Assembly: GCA_028688415.1 (NCBI GenBank)
Contig: JAQTYF010000001.1
Span: 208,627 to 272,626, forward strand
DNA length: 64,000 nt
Source of the DNA: Candidatus Moraniibacteriota bacterium
Lineage (GTDB): Bacteria > Patescibacteriota > Minisyncoccia > Moranbacterales > UBA1568
Direction of reading: 5' to 3'
In this document: piece after piece, positions 26,582-37,438 of the stretch
Numbering within the stretch: position 1 is the first letter of the stretch
How the letters are laid out: each line of letters begins with the position of its first letter
Notes under the pieces: generated by a model
The model's input: the letters and a program-made list of their open reading frames with translations, nothing else
Databases searched by the model: none
What the model was told of the DNA's origin: nothing
Made by a program: the position numbers and the translations under genes

Positions 26582-27049
26582 ATGATTTCATACAAACACA
26601 CCCAAATTGGATATCTGATGCTGGTTGTTACGATGGTGGTGCTGGTATTTTTCGCATGGACTCAAATTACGGCCAGACTCGAATCTCCTTCGTACTACTC
26701 CGGCACGAATTTTGCCGTTACTGCCCTAATGGCATTCATTCTGTTTGTTCTTGCATCGTTTGCCACGCTGACATCATCGATTGATGAAAACTATCTTCGA
26801 ATCAAGCTTGGTTATGGACTTTTCGCCAGGAAGTTTGCTTTGAATCAGATAGCTTCAGTGCAAGTAGTAAAGAATCGCTGGTATTATGGATGGGGGATAA
26901 GATTGTGGCTGTGGCCAAAAATGTGGATATATAATGTTTCAGGTTTTGATGCGGTTGAGATAACTATGAAAAATGGGAAAATCTATCGCATAGGAACAGA
27001 TACTCCTGAAGAACTTGAAACTGCGATTAAGCAATCTATAAATTCTTAA
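26582..27049 (+). CDS. membrane protein with bacterial PH-like domain
   Basis: Two N-terminal TM helices followed by a ~90-aa soluble domain (YLRIKLGYGLFARKFALNQIASVQVV...). ATG 26582 preferred over GTG 26549. Confidence 0.5.
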   Translation: MISYKHTQIGYLMLVVTMVVLVFFAWTQITARLESPSYYSGTNFAVTALMAFILFVLASFATLTSSIDENYLRIKLGYGLFARKFALNQIASVQVVKNRWYYGWGIRLWLWPKMWIYNVSGFDAVEITMKNGKIYRIGTDTPEELETAIKQSINS

Positions 27050-27162
27050 TCGAAAATGTACGCCGCCAAAGAAAAACCTGGAATTGTTCTCTCTGCTATT
27101 AAAATTGATTTGAATTCTTAATAAAGGTTCCCACTTTACCCCAGAGCCCCAACTGACAAATT

Positions 27163-27615
27163 ATGAACTACTCAGCTATCATAGAAATTCCTAAAGGATC
27201 TGATCGCCGAATACATATGTCTTATGACATGAGTGGCTTTGTAGACCTTGGAGCCATAAAGGAACAAATTCCAGTGAATAATGGCATTATGCCAGTTGCT
27301 TATGGATACTTACCTTCTTTTATAAATAAAGCTGAGGGTGACCCAGTTGATATTCTTGTTTTTTCTTGTGAAGAATACGTCACCGGAGATACAACTAATG
27401 TTGAAATATTAGGAATGTTCACGCGAGAAGATGGAGATCACAAAATTCTTGCTAAAGACAGCTCTATAAATTATGAAAGTTTCATGGATGTACCTGGCCT
27501 GGAAAGAAAGCTTCTCTTAGAGTACTTTGGATATAAGTCCGAAATTACCGCTGTAGATGACGCTAATAAGGCTAAAGACTACCTAAATAACTCAGAAATG
27601 GTTTCGATAGCTTAA
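27163..27615 (+). CDS. ppa: inorganic pyrophosphatase (family I), short form
   Basis: AIIEIPKGSDRRIHMSYD and DPVDILVF motifs. Confidence 0.7.
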   Translation: MNYSAIIEIPKGSDRRIHMSYDMSGFVDLGAIKEQIPVNNGIMPVAYGYLPSFINKAEGDPVDILVFSCEEYVTGDTTNVEILGMFTREDGDHKILAKDSSINYESFMDVPGLERKLLLEYFGYKSEITAVDDANKAKDYLNNSEMVSIA

Positions 27616-27662
27616 CCCAAATAAATTCCCACTTCGTCCCACAGGTTCAGCATATACAATCT

Positions 27663-27959
27663 ATGAATGAATTCACATTTAAATCTGTAGAACTGTGGCT
27701 TTATCCTGGACAGGCGGGGAATTGGCATTTTGTCTCTCTTCCGAAGAAAGAGTCAGGGGAAATCAAGAAGAAATTTGGTGAGAGGAGTAAAGGTTGGGGA
27801 TCTCTTCCTGTTTTGGTTACTATCGGAAAAACAAGCTGGAAAACTTCCATATTTCCTGATAAAAAATCGGGCGGATACCTTTTACCTATCAAAGCCGTTG
27901 TACGAAAGAAAGAATGTCTCCTGGTAGGCGAGAAAATTTCTTTTTCGATTAAGATATAA
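27663..27959 (+). CDS. DUF1905 domain protein
   Basis: NWHFVSLPKK...VLVTIGKTSWKTSIFP pattern. Confidence 0.55.
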   Translation: MNEFTFKSVELWLYPGQAGNWHFVSLPKKESGEIKKKFGERSKGWGSLPVLVTIGKTSWKTSIFPDKKSGGYLLPIKAVVRKKECLLVGEKISFSIKI

Positions 27960-28002
27960 AAAATATCGTCCTACAGATTTAACACTGTGATATACTTCTT
28001 TT

Positions 28003-28479
28003 ATGGCTCACTTGAATTATTATGTCGACCTTTGTGCTGAGGCATATATCGTGAACGATGGTGCGGTACTTTTACGTTTGCATGAAAAGTATAACTTCTG
28101 GATAGCTCCAGGTGGTCATGTGGATCCAGGAGAAGATATCAACCAAGCAGTACTCCGAGAAGTGTGGGAAGAAGTAGGGTTGAAAGTAGAACTGATTGGA
28201 CCAAGTACGTGGACCAAACAGGACTTTGATACCAATAAAGATTTGGTACCTCCAGTCTTCGTCAACCGACATTCGATCAATGAACACCATGATCACTCTT
28301 CTTTTGTTTTTGTTGCAAAGTCGAATAGTCGTGAGATAAATCCCCAAGAAGAAGCGAGCAAAAATGTCGAGTGTGTTTGGGTGACTCAGGAAGAACTCGA
28401 TCAGATGCACAGAAATGACAATCGTCTTCGCAAGGACATATACCGTTACGCGTCTACGGCTCTCAAACTCATTCAATAA
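28003..28479 (+). CDS. NUDIX hydrolase
   Basis: Nudix box GGHVDPGEDINQAVLREVWEEVGL. Confidence 0.75.
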   Translation: MAHLNYYVDLCAEAYIVNDGAVLLRLHEKYNFWIAPGGHVDPGEDINQAVLREVWEEVGLKVELIGPSTWTKQDFDTNKDLVPPVFVNRHSINEHHDHSSFVFVAKSNSREINPQEEASKNVECVWVTQEELDQMHRNDNRLRKDIYRYASTALKLIQ

Positions 28480-28497
28480 GTTCAGTCACGAAAATTT

Positions 28498-29124
28498 ATG
28501 AAACTCTATCTATCATCATATAAAATTGGAGATCAGCCAGAAAAACTTCTGGCATTATTTTCAGGCAATAAAAAAGTAGGCTACATACCAAATGCCTTAG
28601 ATTTTACTAACGCTAATCCAGTAAGAAGGGAGAATCACATCGAAAGTGATATACAAAGTCTAACTGATAACGGTCTCCAAGTAGAATTACTTGATTTGAA
28701 AAATTATTTCGAAAAAGAAAATGATTTAAGAGAAAAATTGCAAGGCTTAGGAGGAATCTTTATTAGCGGTGGAAATACTTTTATACTTCGCCAAGCAATG
28801 AGACTTTGCGGACTTGATACTGTATTGCAAGGATACAATAAAACTCGTGAAGATTTTGTCTACGCTGGTTACAGTGCTGCGGGGTGTGTTCTTTCTTCGT
28901 CTTTGAAGGGATACTCTATTGTAGATGATCCAACGGATTTTCCATATGCGAATCAAAAAGAAACTCTTTGGGAAGGACTTGGCATGATTGATTATACTTT
29001 CTTACCACACTTTGACTCCGACCACCCTGAATCTGCCGACATTAACAAAGAAGTAAAGTATTGTATTGAAAACAAAATTCCTTATAAGACTCTACGGGAT
29101 GGCGAGGTCTTGATTATTGAGTAG
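28498..29124 (+). CDS. peptidase E-like (S51) / class I glutamine amidotransferase-like protein
   Basis: GIFISGGNTFIL and AGYSAAGCV motifs, ~208 aa. Confidence 0.55.
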   Translation: MKLYLSSYKIGDQPEKLLALFSGNKKVGYIPNALDFTNANPVRRENHIESDIQSLTDNGLQVELLDLKNYFEKENDLREKLQGLGGIFISGGNTFILRQAMRLCGLDTVLQGYNKTREDFVYAGYSAAGCVLSSSLKGYSIVDDPTDFPYANQKETLWEGLGMIDYTFLPHFDSDHPESADINKEVKYCIENKIPYKTLRDGEVLIIE

Positions 29125-29248
29125 AAAGGTCCTAGTTTCGTCCCGCAAGTCCAGTTAATAAAACTACATCAGTTTCACTTTCGTGATTTGAGAAATACAG
29201 ACAGAATAAAACAGTTGAATTAAAACTTAGAATACAAGGATCCTCGTT

Positions 29249-30088
29249 ATGCGAAAAATACAGAAAATATTCATTACGCAGCCTACTATAGAGGGTGCTG
29301 GAGTGTATTTGAAGCGAGGCTTCAGTAATCGTGAAGCAGAACTATTTGACCCGTTTTTGCTTTTTGATGATTTCTCAAATATTGATAGTAATTTATACAA
29401 AAATGGTTTTCCTTTGCATCCCCATCGAGGCATAGAAACGGTGACATATATTTTGAAGGGCGCTGTAGCTCATAGAGATAGCTTGGGAAGCGAAGGAACT
29501 ATTGGAGCTGGTGATGTGCAATGGATGACGGCAGGAAGTGGTATTATGCACGAAGAAATGCCGGTAGCACATACTGAAGGGATTCAGGGTTTCCAGTTAT
29601 GGGTGAATTTGCCACGAGCAAATAAAATGATGAATCCTCGATATCAAGAAATTAAAAGCAATGATATTCCAACGTTCAATGAGAACGGGACGGAGGTGAA
29701 AATTATTGCTGGGCAGTATCGAGATATACAAGGTCCTGTAAAAGATTTGATGGTGTCAACAACATACCTTGATGTGACGCTCTCACCACTCATGTCTTTT
29801 TCTTTGATGACTCATCCTGAAGATAATTTCTTTGTGTATGTGATACATGGAAGACTCATGGTGAGTGATGATCGAGGTGAGATTTGGGTAGAAGAGGGGA
29901 GTATCGGTCTTCTCTCATATGATACTCAATTTTCCTGCACTGCAGGTAAGGAGGGAGTACGATTCTTGCTTATTGGCGGTAAACCAATCAGGGAAGAGAT
30001 GATTGGACATGGTCCAATTGTGATGAATACTCGAGAAGAAATTGAAACAGCACTTACGGAGCTGAATTCAGGAACTTTTATAAAATAA
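29249..30088 (+). CDS. pirin family protein
   Basis: HPHRGIETVTYILKG bicupin N-domain motif. Confidence 0.75.
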   Translation: MRKIQKIFITQPTIEGAGVYLKRGFSNREAELFDPFLLFDDFSNIDSNLYKNGFPLHPHRGIETVTYILKGAVAHRDSLGSEGTIGAGDVQWMTAGSGIMHEEMPVAHTEGIQGFQLWVNLPRANKMMNPRYQEIKSNDIPTFNENGTEVKIIAGQYRDIQGPVKDLMVSTTYLDVTLSPLMSFSLMTHPEDNFFVYVIHGRLMVSDDRGEIWVEEGSIGLLSYDTQFSCTAGKEGVRFLLIGGKPIREEMIGHGPIVMNTREEIETALTELNSGTFIK

Positions 30089-30206
30089 CCCTAGTAAATA
30101 AAACCATGCAAACTTCAACAGAAAATATCAAATTTTTTGTTTTGAAAAATAGAGGATGGAATTATTCGTGGTATAATCAAAAAGAAGAAATTTAATATAA
30201 AAAAAT

Positions 30207-31175
30207 ATGAACAAGGTACTAAAAATCAGTGGGTTGGTTTTGCTTGGACTTTTTGTGGTGAGCGCGATAGTTGCAATTTTCACTTCGACGTATAGAGGAT
30301 CGATGATGAGAGCATCTCAGACGTCGACTGGAATGTCTTTCGCTAATTCTCTCTCTGTATCATCGCCAAAATCATTTGGTGGATTGCGAAACGAGATGAT
30401 GGAAGTCGCTCCTATGACGTCTCGGATGAACGGAAATACTATCGACAGTGTTACAGTTTCAGACGAAGCTCTGTCAGTGGACAAGAAAATAATCAAAAAT
30501 GGCAACCTTAGTTTGAAAGTCGATGATACCGATGTATCGAGTACGAAAATCAGTGCTATTGCAAGAAATAATAGTGGAGAAGTGTTCGCCTCCAATTTCT
30601 ATCAGAGTGGAAACAACGTGAAGAGTGGTACGATCACTGTGAAAGTCCCAGTAGCGTTTTTCGAAAAGACGTTTGGAGAGATCAAAGAGGTTGCTTCTCT
30701 CGTCATATCAGAATCGACGACAGGACAGGATGTGACCGAACAATATACTGATCTCAAAGCGCAACTGAGCAATGCACAAGCAGAAGAACAATCATTTATC
30801 AAGATCCTCGATCAAGCCGTCAAAATAGATGATGTCCTCGCAGTCACGAGAGAACTCGCTCGCGTCAGAGGCACGATAGAGAGACTAGAGGGGAGCATGA
30901 AGTATCTCGAATCGCAAACGGATATGTCGACAATCGCGATCAGCTTGACGGAGAATCAAAACATCACCGTTTCAGACTCTTGGCGACCGTTTCAAGTGAT
31001 GAAAGATGCTGTGAATTCTCTCATCGAGAATCTTCAAGGCTTTGTAGATTTTGTGATTCGTTTCATCGTTACAGTCCTTCCATTTCTTATCATCTGGGGC
31101 GTCATCATCTGGGGTGTATACAAGATAGGAAGAAAAATATATCAGAAAATAATGGCAAAGAACGAGAACGTATAA
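30207..31175 (+). CDS. DUF4349 domain membrane-anchored protein
   Basis: N-terminal TM, central coiled-coil (TEQYTDLKAQLSNAQAEEQSFIKILD), C-terminal TM pair. Confidence 0.5.
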   Translation: MNKVLKISGLVLLGLFVVSAIVAIFTSTYRGSMMRASQTSTGMSFANSLSVSSPKSFGGLRNEMMEVAPMTSRMNGNTIDSVTVSDEALSVDKKIIKNGNLSLKVDDTDVSSTKISAIARNNSGEVFASNFYQSGNNVKSGTITVKVPVAFFEKTFGEIKEVASLVISESTTGQDVTEQYTDLKAQLSNAQAEEQSFIKILDQAVKIDDVLAVTRELARVRGTIERLEGSMKYLESQTDMSTIAISLTENQNITVSDSWRPFQVMKDAVNSLIENLQGFVDFVIRFIVTVLPFLIIWGVIIWGVYKIGRKIYQKIMAKNENV

Positions 31176-31196
31176 GAAAATTAATGTATAAACTCT

Positions 31197-31547
31197 ATGA
31201 ACTTCGATATCCCGACGCCACCAGCTGAAAAAGGACGACAGATTCTCACTGCCGAAGAAGTAAAAGCAAAGATTGAAAAATTGAGTGGGAAAGAAAACCA
31301 AGAAGTGATCAGAATGTTGGAAGACGAAAAGGGCGTCTATCTGTATGAAGTCGTCGCCGTAGATGACAAGGGAGATGCCTCACTGTTTTCTTATAGGCGA
31401 TCAGGAAACTTTCAGGAAACAAAAAGAGCCTCCACTGGAGTTGATGTTGCATATTTCATCGGTCCTATCGAAGATGATATGTGTGTCGGCGGTGATACTC
31501 TGTCCAATTATGACGAGACCTCTGGCACGTGGATTGATACGAAATAA
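31197..31547 (+). CDS. hypothetical protein (116 aa)
   Basis: ORF only. Confidence 0.35.
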   Translation: MNFDIPTPPAEKGRQILTAEEVKAKIEKLSGKENQEVIRMLEDEKGVYLYEVVAVDDKGDASLFSYRRSGNFQETKRASTGVDVAYFIGPIEDDMCVGGDTLSNYDETSGTWIDTK

Positions 31548-31722
31548 ATTCTCGTTTTTCTTAATCCTCAGTTTCAAGAATACATCTGACTTGCAGATGT
31601 ATTTTTATTTTTACGAGAAAAAAACAGAATAAAGCGTTGTCTTGACATATACCCTGTGGGGGTATATTATAAGGGTGTACTCTCGAAAGAGGGGACACTA
31701 ATAAATATATTGTAGTACACTT

Positions 31723-32265
31723 ATGTCACACACACTTGTAGACAAAAAAGTCCCGTCAGTCGTTTTCAAGACCAGGGTTCGTGATGAATCTCTCGGAGGA
31801 GAGAATCCGTTCCGTTGGCAAGACCTCACGTCTGAGGAAATATTCTCAGGAAAAAAAGTAGTGATTTTCGCTCTTCCTGGAGCATTCACTCCTACGTGCT
31901 CGACGACACACGCCCCAGGCTACGAAGCCAAATATGCAGAGTTTCAGAAGCTCGGCATCGATCAGGTGATCTGCCTCTCGGTAAACGATGCTTTCGTGAT
32001 GAAGCAGTGGGCAGACAAGCTCGGTATCAAGCAGGTGTTTATGCTTCCTGATGGCAATGCAGAATTCACCAGAAAGATGGGGATGCTCGTCCGAAAAGAA
32101 AATCTCGGATTTGGAGAACGCTCTTGGCGTTACAGTATGTATGTCGAGGATGGTACGATACAGCAGATGTTCATCGAAGAAGGATTCTCTGATGATTACT
32201 CCGAAGACCCATTCGAAGTATCTGATGCAGATCATATGCTCGCGTATCTCCAAGCCAAGAAGTAA
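31723..32265 (+). CDS. peroxiredoxin (Prx5-like redoxin)
   Basis: FALPGAFTPTCSTTHAPGY peroxidatic cysteine motif. Confidence 0.75.
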   Translation: MSHTLVDKKVPSVVFKTRVRDESLGGENPFRWQDLTSEEIFSGKKVVIFALPGAFTPTCSTTHAPGYEAKYAEFQKLGIDQVICLSVNDAFVMKQWADKLGIKQVFMLPDGNAEFTRKMGMLVRKENLGFGERSWRYSMYVEDGTIQQMFIEEGFSDDYSEDPFEVSDADHMLAYLQAKK

Positions 32266-32359
32266 GGTAAAGAAACAAAGCAGAAAAGAAAGGCACTCAT
32301 ATTCGTGGGTGTCTTTTTTGTGGTGTATAATGAAAGTATTATTATGAAAAAAATGTTTT

Positions 32360-32740
32360 ATGCACTATACACTCGAACTCAATGACCGACCGTTCCAAGC
32401 TATCAAATCTGGAACAAAAAAAATCGAAGGAAGAACTCCGAAAGATGTCGATGACAAACGATATGAGACGATGAAGAGGGGAGACACCATTGCTTTCACG
32501 AACAATGTCACTCTGGAAAAGATGCAGTGTGAAGTATTGTCTGTGACTCATTATAGAGATGTGCGAACGATGCTTGAAACAGAGGGGACGGCGAATGTGC
32601 TCTCGAGCGGACTCGACATCGAAGGAGGAATAAGAAGTTATAATAGTTTGGAGGGATATGAAGATCGCATACAACAGTATGGTATCTATGCGATTGGTAT
32701 CAGATTGCTTACTGGACAGGATAACAAAAATGTGCTATAA
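32360..32740 (+). CDS. ASCH domain protein
   Basis: ~126 aa PUA-like pattern (RPFQAIKSGTKKIEGRT...GDTIAF). Confidence 0.5.
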   Translation: MHYTLELNDRPFQAIKSGTKKIEGRTPKDVDDKRYETMKRGDTIAFTNNVTLEKMQCEVLSVTHYRDVRTMLETEGTANVLSSGLDIEGGIRSYNSLEGYEDRIQQYGIYAIGIRLLTGQDNKNVL

Positions 32741-32922
32741 TACTGTCTTAGTACATTTTTCTAAAAGGTCACACAACGAACAATCAAGGATGGTACAGGA
32801 AACACTGCACCATCCTTTTTTATTTTTCCAGTCATACTCTACCGAGCAGTCTTTTCTATTTTACAAAGATTTATTTTTGTGTTATTCTTTATGTAAATAT
32901 TGTAAACATTAAAAAAAGACTT

Positions 32923-33900
32923 ATGAAAAAACAAGAAATGAAAAAACAGGCAGTCATTTATCAGGCGAAATCAGGAGCAGTTGAGCTTCAGGGTGATTTT
33001 CAGCATGAAACAATTTGGGCGACACAGGCTCAAATTGCAGATATTTTTGGAACACAAAGACCAGCTATTACGAAACATCTGCGTAATATTTTTGTGGACG
33101 GTGAGCTAAAAGAAAAATCAGTTAGTTCCATTTTGGAACATACTGCCGCAGATGGAAAAAACTATAAAACTCAATTTTATAACCTCGATGCGGTTATCTC
33201 GATTGGATATCGGGTGAATAGTAAACAAGCAACGCTTTTTCGCATTTGGGCGACGCAGACTTTGCGGACGCATATTGTCGATGGATACACTATTAATCGT
33301 TCGCGGATAGGCAAGAATTATGATGCTTTTATGCAAGCCGTGACCGATGTGAAGTCACTTCTACCGAAAGGAATGAAGAGTGATACCGGAAGTATCCTCG
33401 AGCTCGTGCGCTTGTTCGCAGACACGTGGATGTCTCTCGATGCGTACGACAGAGAAGCATTTGATATCAAGAAACCCACCAAGAAGAAAGTGGCACTCAC
33501 GGGAGCCAGACTCACTGCAAGCGTCGCTGTTCTCAAAACCGAGCTCATGACCAAGGGCGAGGCGACAGAACTCTTTGCATCCGAGCGTACACACGATGCT
33601 CTCGAAGGGATAGTGGGCAACGTGATGCAGGCATTTGGTGGTACTGATGTTTATCCAAGTATCGAGTCCAAGGCAGCTCATCTCCTCTATTTCATCGTGA
33701 AAAATCATCCATTTGTCGATGGGAACAAGAGAACGGGTGCATACTCATTTGTTTGGTTTCTGAACTGGGCCAAAGTACTCGATACCACACGTCTCACTCC
33801 TGAAGCTCTGACGGCTATCACGCTCCTTATCGCAGAGAGCGATCCGAAAGACAAGGACAAACTCGTAAAACTCGTAATCATGCTCATCAGCAAGAAATAG
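32923..33900 (+). CDS. RhuM-family N-domain fused to a Fic/Doc-family domain
   Basis: The N-terminal part resembles RhuM virulence/DNA-binding proteins. The C-terminus has HPFVDGNKRTG, a Doc-type Fic motif. Confidence 0.65.
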   Translation: MKKQEMKKQAVIYQAKSGAVELQGDFQHETIWATQAQIADIFGTQRPAITKHLRNIFVDGELKEKSVSSILEHTAADGKNYKTQFYNLDAVISIGYRVNSKQATLFRIWATQTLRTHIVDGYTINRSRIGKNYDAFMQAVTDVKSLLPKGMKSDTGSILELVRLFADTWMSLDAYDREAFDIKKPTKKKVALTGARLTASVAVLKTELMTKGEATELFASERTHDALEGIVGNVMQAFGGTDVYPSIESKAAHLLYFIVKNHPFVDGNKRTGAYSFVWFLNWAKVLDTTRLTPEALTAITLLIAESDPKDKDKLVKLVIMLISKK

Positions 33901-34026
33901 GGAGATTGTTCTCGGTATCATGATTATTCGATGATTGACAGAAATATTTATTCTCTCCGTCTTTTTTGGTATACTGTTTTCAAAAGAGTATAGAGGGAAT
34001 ATAACAGGATACAAAAAGAAAAGAGT

Positions 34027-34290
34027 ATGATTGATTCTATAGAACTGGGTAGTTTTTTTGCAAATATATTTATTGGTTTTTTATTATTTCTGGTTTCAAT
34101 AGAATTTATTATTTTGAGGAAATATAACAAATATATTGTTTGGATTTGGCTTTCTTGTTCGTTAAACATTATCTCTATTCTCTACTTTTTAGGTGACACA
34201 TCGTATGTTATCCCTGTAGTGAATGTTTTCATTTGGCCAGTCATAAATATTATTCTCATTATCTGGTATGTTAAGAATAAAAAACACTAA
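34027..34290 (+). CDS. small membrane protein (87 aa)
   Basis: Three hydrophobic segments; ORF only. Confidence 0.3.
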   Translation: MIDSIELGSFFANIFIGFLLFLVSIEFIILRKYNKYIVWIWLSCSLNIISILYFLGDTSYVIPVVNVFIWPVINIILIIWYVKNKKH

Positions 34291-37200
34291 GCGATATTTT
34301 CTCGTTTTTTTTCTTGCATCTTCACTTGTTTTTTCGCCTCTCCATTTTCAATTTTTCATCAGTACTCCCTCTGTAGGTGCTGTCGATATTATTATCGATT
34401 CAAATACAGAGTGGTCTGGACTTCAAACGATATCAGGATACGCTATAGTAGAGAATAGAGCGACACTCACGATCAAGCCTGGCACTATCATAGAGTTTGA
34501 AGGACAATCAAGCTTCGATATACAAGGCATCCTCAGAGTAGAGGGCACGACGAGCGAACCTGTTATCTTCCGAAAAAAGAACGCCTCAAATGTCGATGAT
34601 CATTATGCTATTGTTGTTTCTGGCAGTGTATATGCGCGGAATATAGATGTGTCTGGAGGAGGGAGTATTTTTGAATCCTTTATGGTTCAGAAGAACAAAA
34701 ATGATTCCCTTTTTCAGTATGCCAATGCCGCATGGTTCTATAGCGGAGCATTTACAGCGTATGACACGGGAAAACTCGATATTGAAGGAGCGAACTTTCA
34801 TGATAATGCACTTGCAATATACACTGTTCAGAGTTCATCTTTTGGTACGAAAATCTGGCGATCGAAATTTTCACAAAATGAGATTGATATTGTTGATCAA
34901 AATCAGTTCGGATTCCTGGATGTAAGACATAATTGGTGGGACAATGTGAATGGTCCTATTGCTTGTACTGTAAATTGCGGTGAGTATTATCCACGACCGT
35001 ATCAGAAAATTATTGGAACGATCAATTTTTTGCCTTGGCTCGATAACCCTGCATCTGCACAAGCGTCAGATGGAGTATGTACAGAGAACTGTTTCTCCAA
35101 TGTTCTGTTTTTGCCAGGACTTGAAGCGAGCAGGCTCTATGTGCAAGATGATCCAGGCTGTCTCCTCCTCAACTGTGAGAACCAACTCTGGGAACCAAAT
35201 AGGAATGCAGATGCGGAAAAATTGTTTCTTGATGAGGATGGAAAAAGTATCAATCCTGATGTGTATACGAAAGATGTGCTAGATGAAGTGAACGTGTCGC
35301 AAGCAGGACAAAAAAATATCTATAAATCATTCCTTGCTGATTTGGATAAATGGAAGAACGACGAGAAGATTATTGTCGATTATTCCGCTATCCCTTATGA
35401 TTGGCGTTTGTCACTCGAAGATATCCTTGCTGGCGGTGCAGTATTAGATAGAGAGAAAATTTTCTATACCGAGAAATCCATTGCACCATATATTGTGCGT
35501 GAATTACGACGTCTCGCAAGCACTTCAAAAACAGGCAAAGTGACGATCATCGCTCATTCCAATGGAGGGCTCGTTGCCAAGGCGCTCACACAGACACTCG
35601 GAGTAGAAGCTGAAAAATTAATCGATAACATCGTGCTCGTAGCAGTGCCACAAGTCGGTACACCTCAATCTATTGGAGCTATTCTCCATGGGTATGATCA
35701 GGGACTGCCTACAGACTGGCTTCCATGGGTTCTTTCACCAAAAACTGCTCGTACATTGGCGCAGAATATGCCGAGTGCATACAATCTCCTTCCATCGAAA
35801 GCATATTTCAGTGGAAATGGAAGTACGACGAGTACGCCTGTTATCTCCTTTCGAGATGGACTCCTTACGAATCCATTTATCAGCAAATATGGCAATGAGA
35901 TTTCTACAGAAGAATCCTTGCGAAGTTTTCTTCTCGATTCTGAAGGCAAGGTTTCTGCTGATTCAGGTGATGTCATCCGTCCGAGCAGAGTCAATACGAA
36001 ACTTTTCAATCTTGCCGAAGACGTTCACAACACACTCGATGATTTCACTGTCCCTGCATCCATTTCTGTTTATCAGATTGCTGGTTTTGGTGAAGAAACA
36101 CTTGGAACAATCAAATATTGGACAGGGGAAATCTGTACGAAGAGTTTCCGTGGTTGGTGTCTCGAATCAGGACCGAAACTTGAGTATTCTCCAGAGATGG
36201 TGATCGATGGTGATGGTACAGTAGTGACGCCGAGTGCTTTATCGATGGATACAAAACGGTATTGGGTGGATCTGTTTAATTTTAACGATGTGAACTTCAA
36301 TAGAAAACACGCAGACATTCTCGAAGTTCCTACATTGAGAGATTTCATCAAGAATAAGGTCGTGATGAAATTGTCAAACGATCTCCCTGAATACATCTCT
36401 CCTTCCGTACCATCTATTTCTTCAGAGAAACGATTGCAATATATTTTGCATTCACCACTCACACTTTCAGTTCGTGATACTGTTGGTAATGAAATCAGTG
36501 CCTCAGTTTCGATTATTTCAGGAGCAACGTACAAGCGTTTCGGTGAAGTGCAGTATATTTCTCTCCCAGCTTCGACAGTACATACAGTGATACTCGATGG
36601 ACTAGCAGAGGGATCTTTTACACTGGAAATGCGAGAAATGGAGAATGGTACAGCGATTGCAGAGACGATTTTCTCTGGTATTCCGAATTCAGCTGAGACG
36701 ACAGCGACTCTCGAGGTGACAGATGGCACCATCGGAGGTGCTTCACCGCTGATCATTGATACCGACGGTGATGGTGTTTCTGATTTCTTTCTTCAGCCGA
36801 AAGTAGGGGAAAAGGTGATGCTTCCTCCACTCGATCAGACTCCGCCAGAAGTGAAACTTTTCTTCGATACCAAGACGAATAAAATGGGAGTAGATATCAT
36901 CGATGAAAGCAGAACCACAACGACGTATACTACAATGCTTAGAGAATCAGAAAAGGATCGAAATCATGAAGAGCGAGAAGAAAAGAAAGAAAAACAACAA
37001 AAACAGATACTGACCGTTATTGATCGTGCGGGAAATAGTACGATACTTACTTACACCGAGAAATACACGGAGAAAGATCAGAAACTCACTTTCGAACTCG
37101 ATTCGATATGTTACAATGGTGTTACGACTTCTTTTGAGAATACAAAGGCAGAATATCACTTCAGTCAGACGAAGAAGAGTGTCGGACGATACACTTCGTT

Positions 37201-37417
37201 TGTGACAGACATCCGCACTGCATCTCGCACACTGAAATCACATTATATACCCAAACAAGATACCACTATCATCATTGATAAGTTACGAGAATCGGATGAA
37301 GATGAAAATGATGAAGATGATAATGAGGAAGAAGATATGAAGCAGAAGCAGAAACGCTCAGGACTGATCATTCCTATGCTTATGACTCATCAGGGAAATA
37401 TTGAGATAGGGTATTAA
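34268..37417 (+). CDS. large secreted protein: beta-helix-like region + lipase-like alpha/beta-hydrolase domain + Ca-binding-like motif + acidic tail
   Basis: Signal/TM N-terminus. TIIAHSNGGLV (AHSxG lipase nucleophile elbow). DTDGDGVSD calcium-binding-like motif. C-terminal E/D/K-rich low-complexity region. 1049 aa. Confidence 0.6.
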   Translation: MLRIKNTKRYFLVFFLASSLVFSPLHFQFFISTPSVGAVDIIIDSNTEWSGLQTISGYAIVENRATLTIKPGTIIEFEGQSSFDIQGILRVEGTTSEPVIFRKKNASNVDDHYAIVVSGSVYARNIDVSGGGSIFESFMVQKNKNDSLFQYANAAWFYSGAFTAYDTGKLDIEGANFHDNALAIYTVQSSSFGTKIWRSKFSQNEIDIVDQNQFGFLDVRHNWWDNVNGPIACTVNCGEYYPRPYQKIIGTINFLPWLDNPASAQASDGVCTENCFSNVLFLPGLEASRLYVQDDPGCLLLNCENQLWEPNRNADAEKLFLDEDGKSINPDVYTKDVLDEVNVSQAGQKNIYKSFLADLDKWKNDEKIIVDYSAIPYDWRLSLEDILAGGAVLDREKIFYTEKSIAPYIVRELRRLASTSKTGKVTIIAHSNGGLVAKALTQTLGVEAEKLIDNIVLVAVPQVGTPQSIGAILHGYDQGLPTDWLPWVLSPKTARTLAQNMPSAYNLLPSKAYFSGNGSTTSTPVISFRDGLLTNPFISKYGNEISTEESLRSFLLDSEGKVSADSGDVIRPSRVNTKLFNLAEDVHNTLDDFTVPASISVYQIAGFGEETLGTIKYWTGEICTKSFRGWCLESGPKLEYSPEMVIDGDGTVVTPSALSMDTKRYWVDLFNFNDVNFNRKHADILEVPTLRDFIKNKVVMKLSNDLPEYISPSVPSISSEKRLQYILHSPLTLSVRDTVGNEISASVSIISGATYKRFGEVQYISLPASTVHTVILDGLAEGSFTLEMREMENGTAIAETIFSGIPNSAETTATLEVTDGTIGGASPLIIDTDGDGVSDFFLQPKVGEKVMLPPLDQTPPEVKLFFDTKTNKMGVDIIDESRTTTTYTTMLRESEKDRNHEEREEKKEKQQKQILTVIDRAGNSTILTYTEKYTEKDQKLTFELDSICYNGVTTSFENTKAEYHFSQTKKSVGRYTSFVTDIRTASRTLKSHYIPKQDTTIIIDKLRESDEDENDEDDNEEEDMKQKQKRSGLIIPMLMTHQGNIEIGY

Positions 37418-37438
37418 TTTATTAGAATAACAAGAGAT

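Noticed and set aside
36073-36756. 227-aa minus-strand ORF inside the large secreted protein gene
   Set aside because: Antisense shadow ORF within a long well-supported forward ORF.
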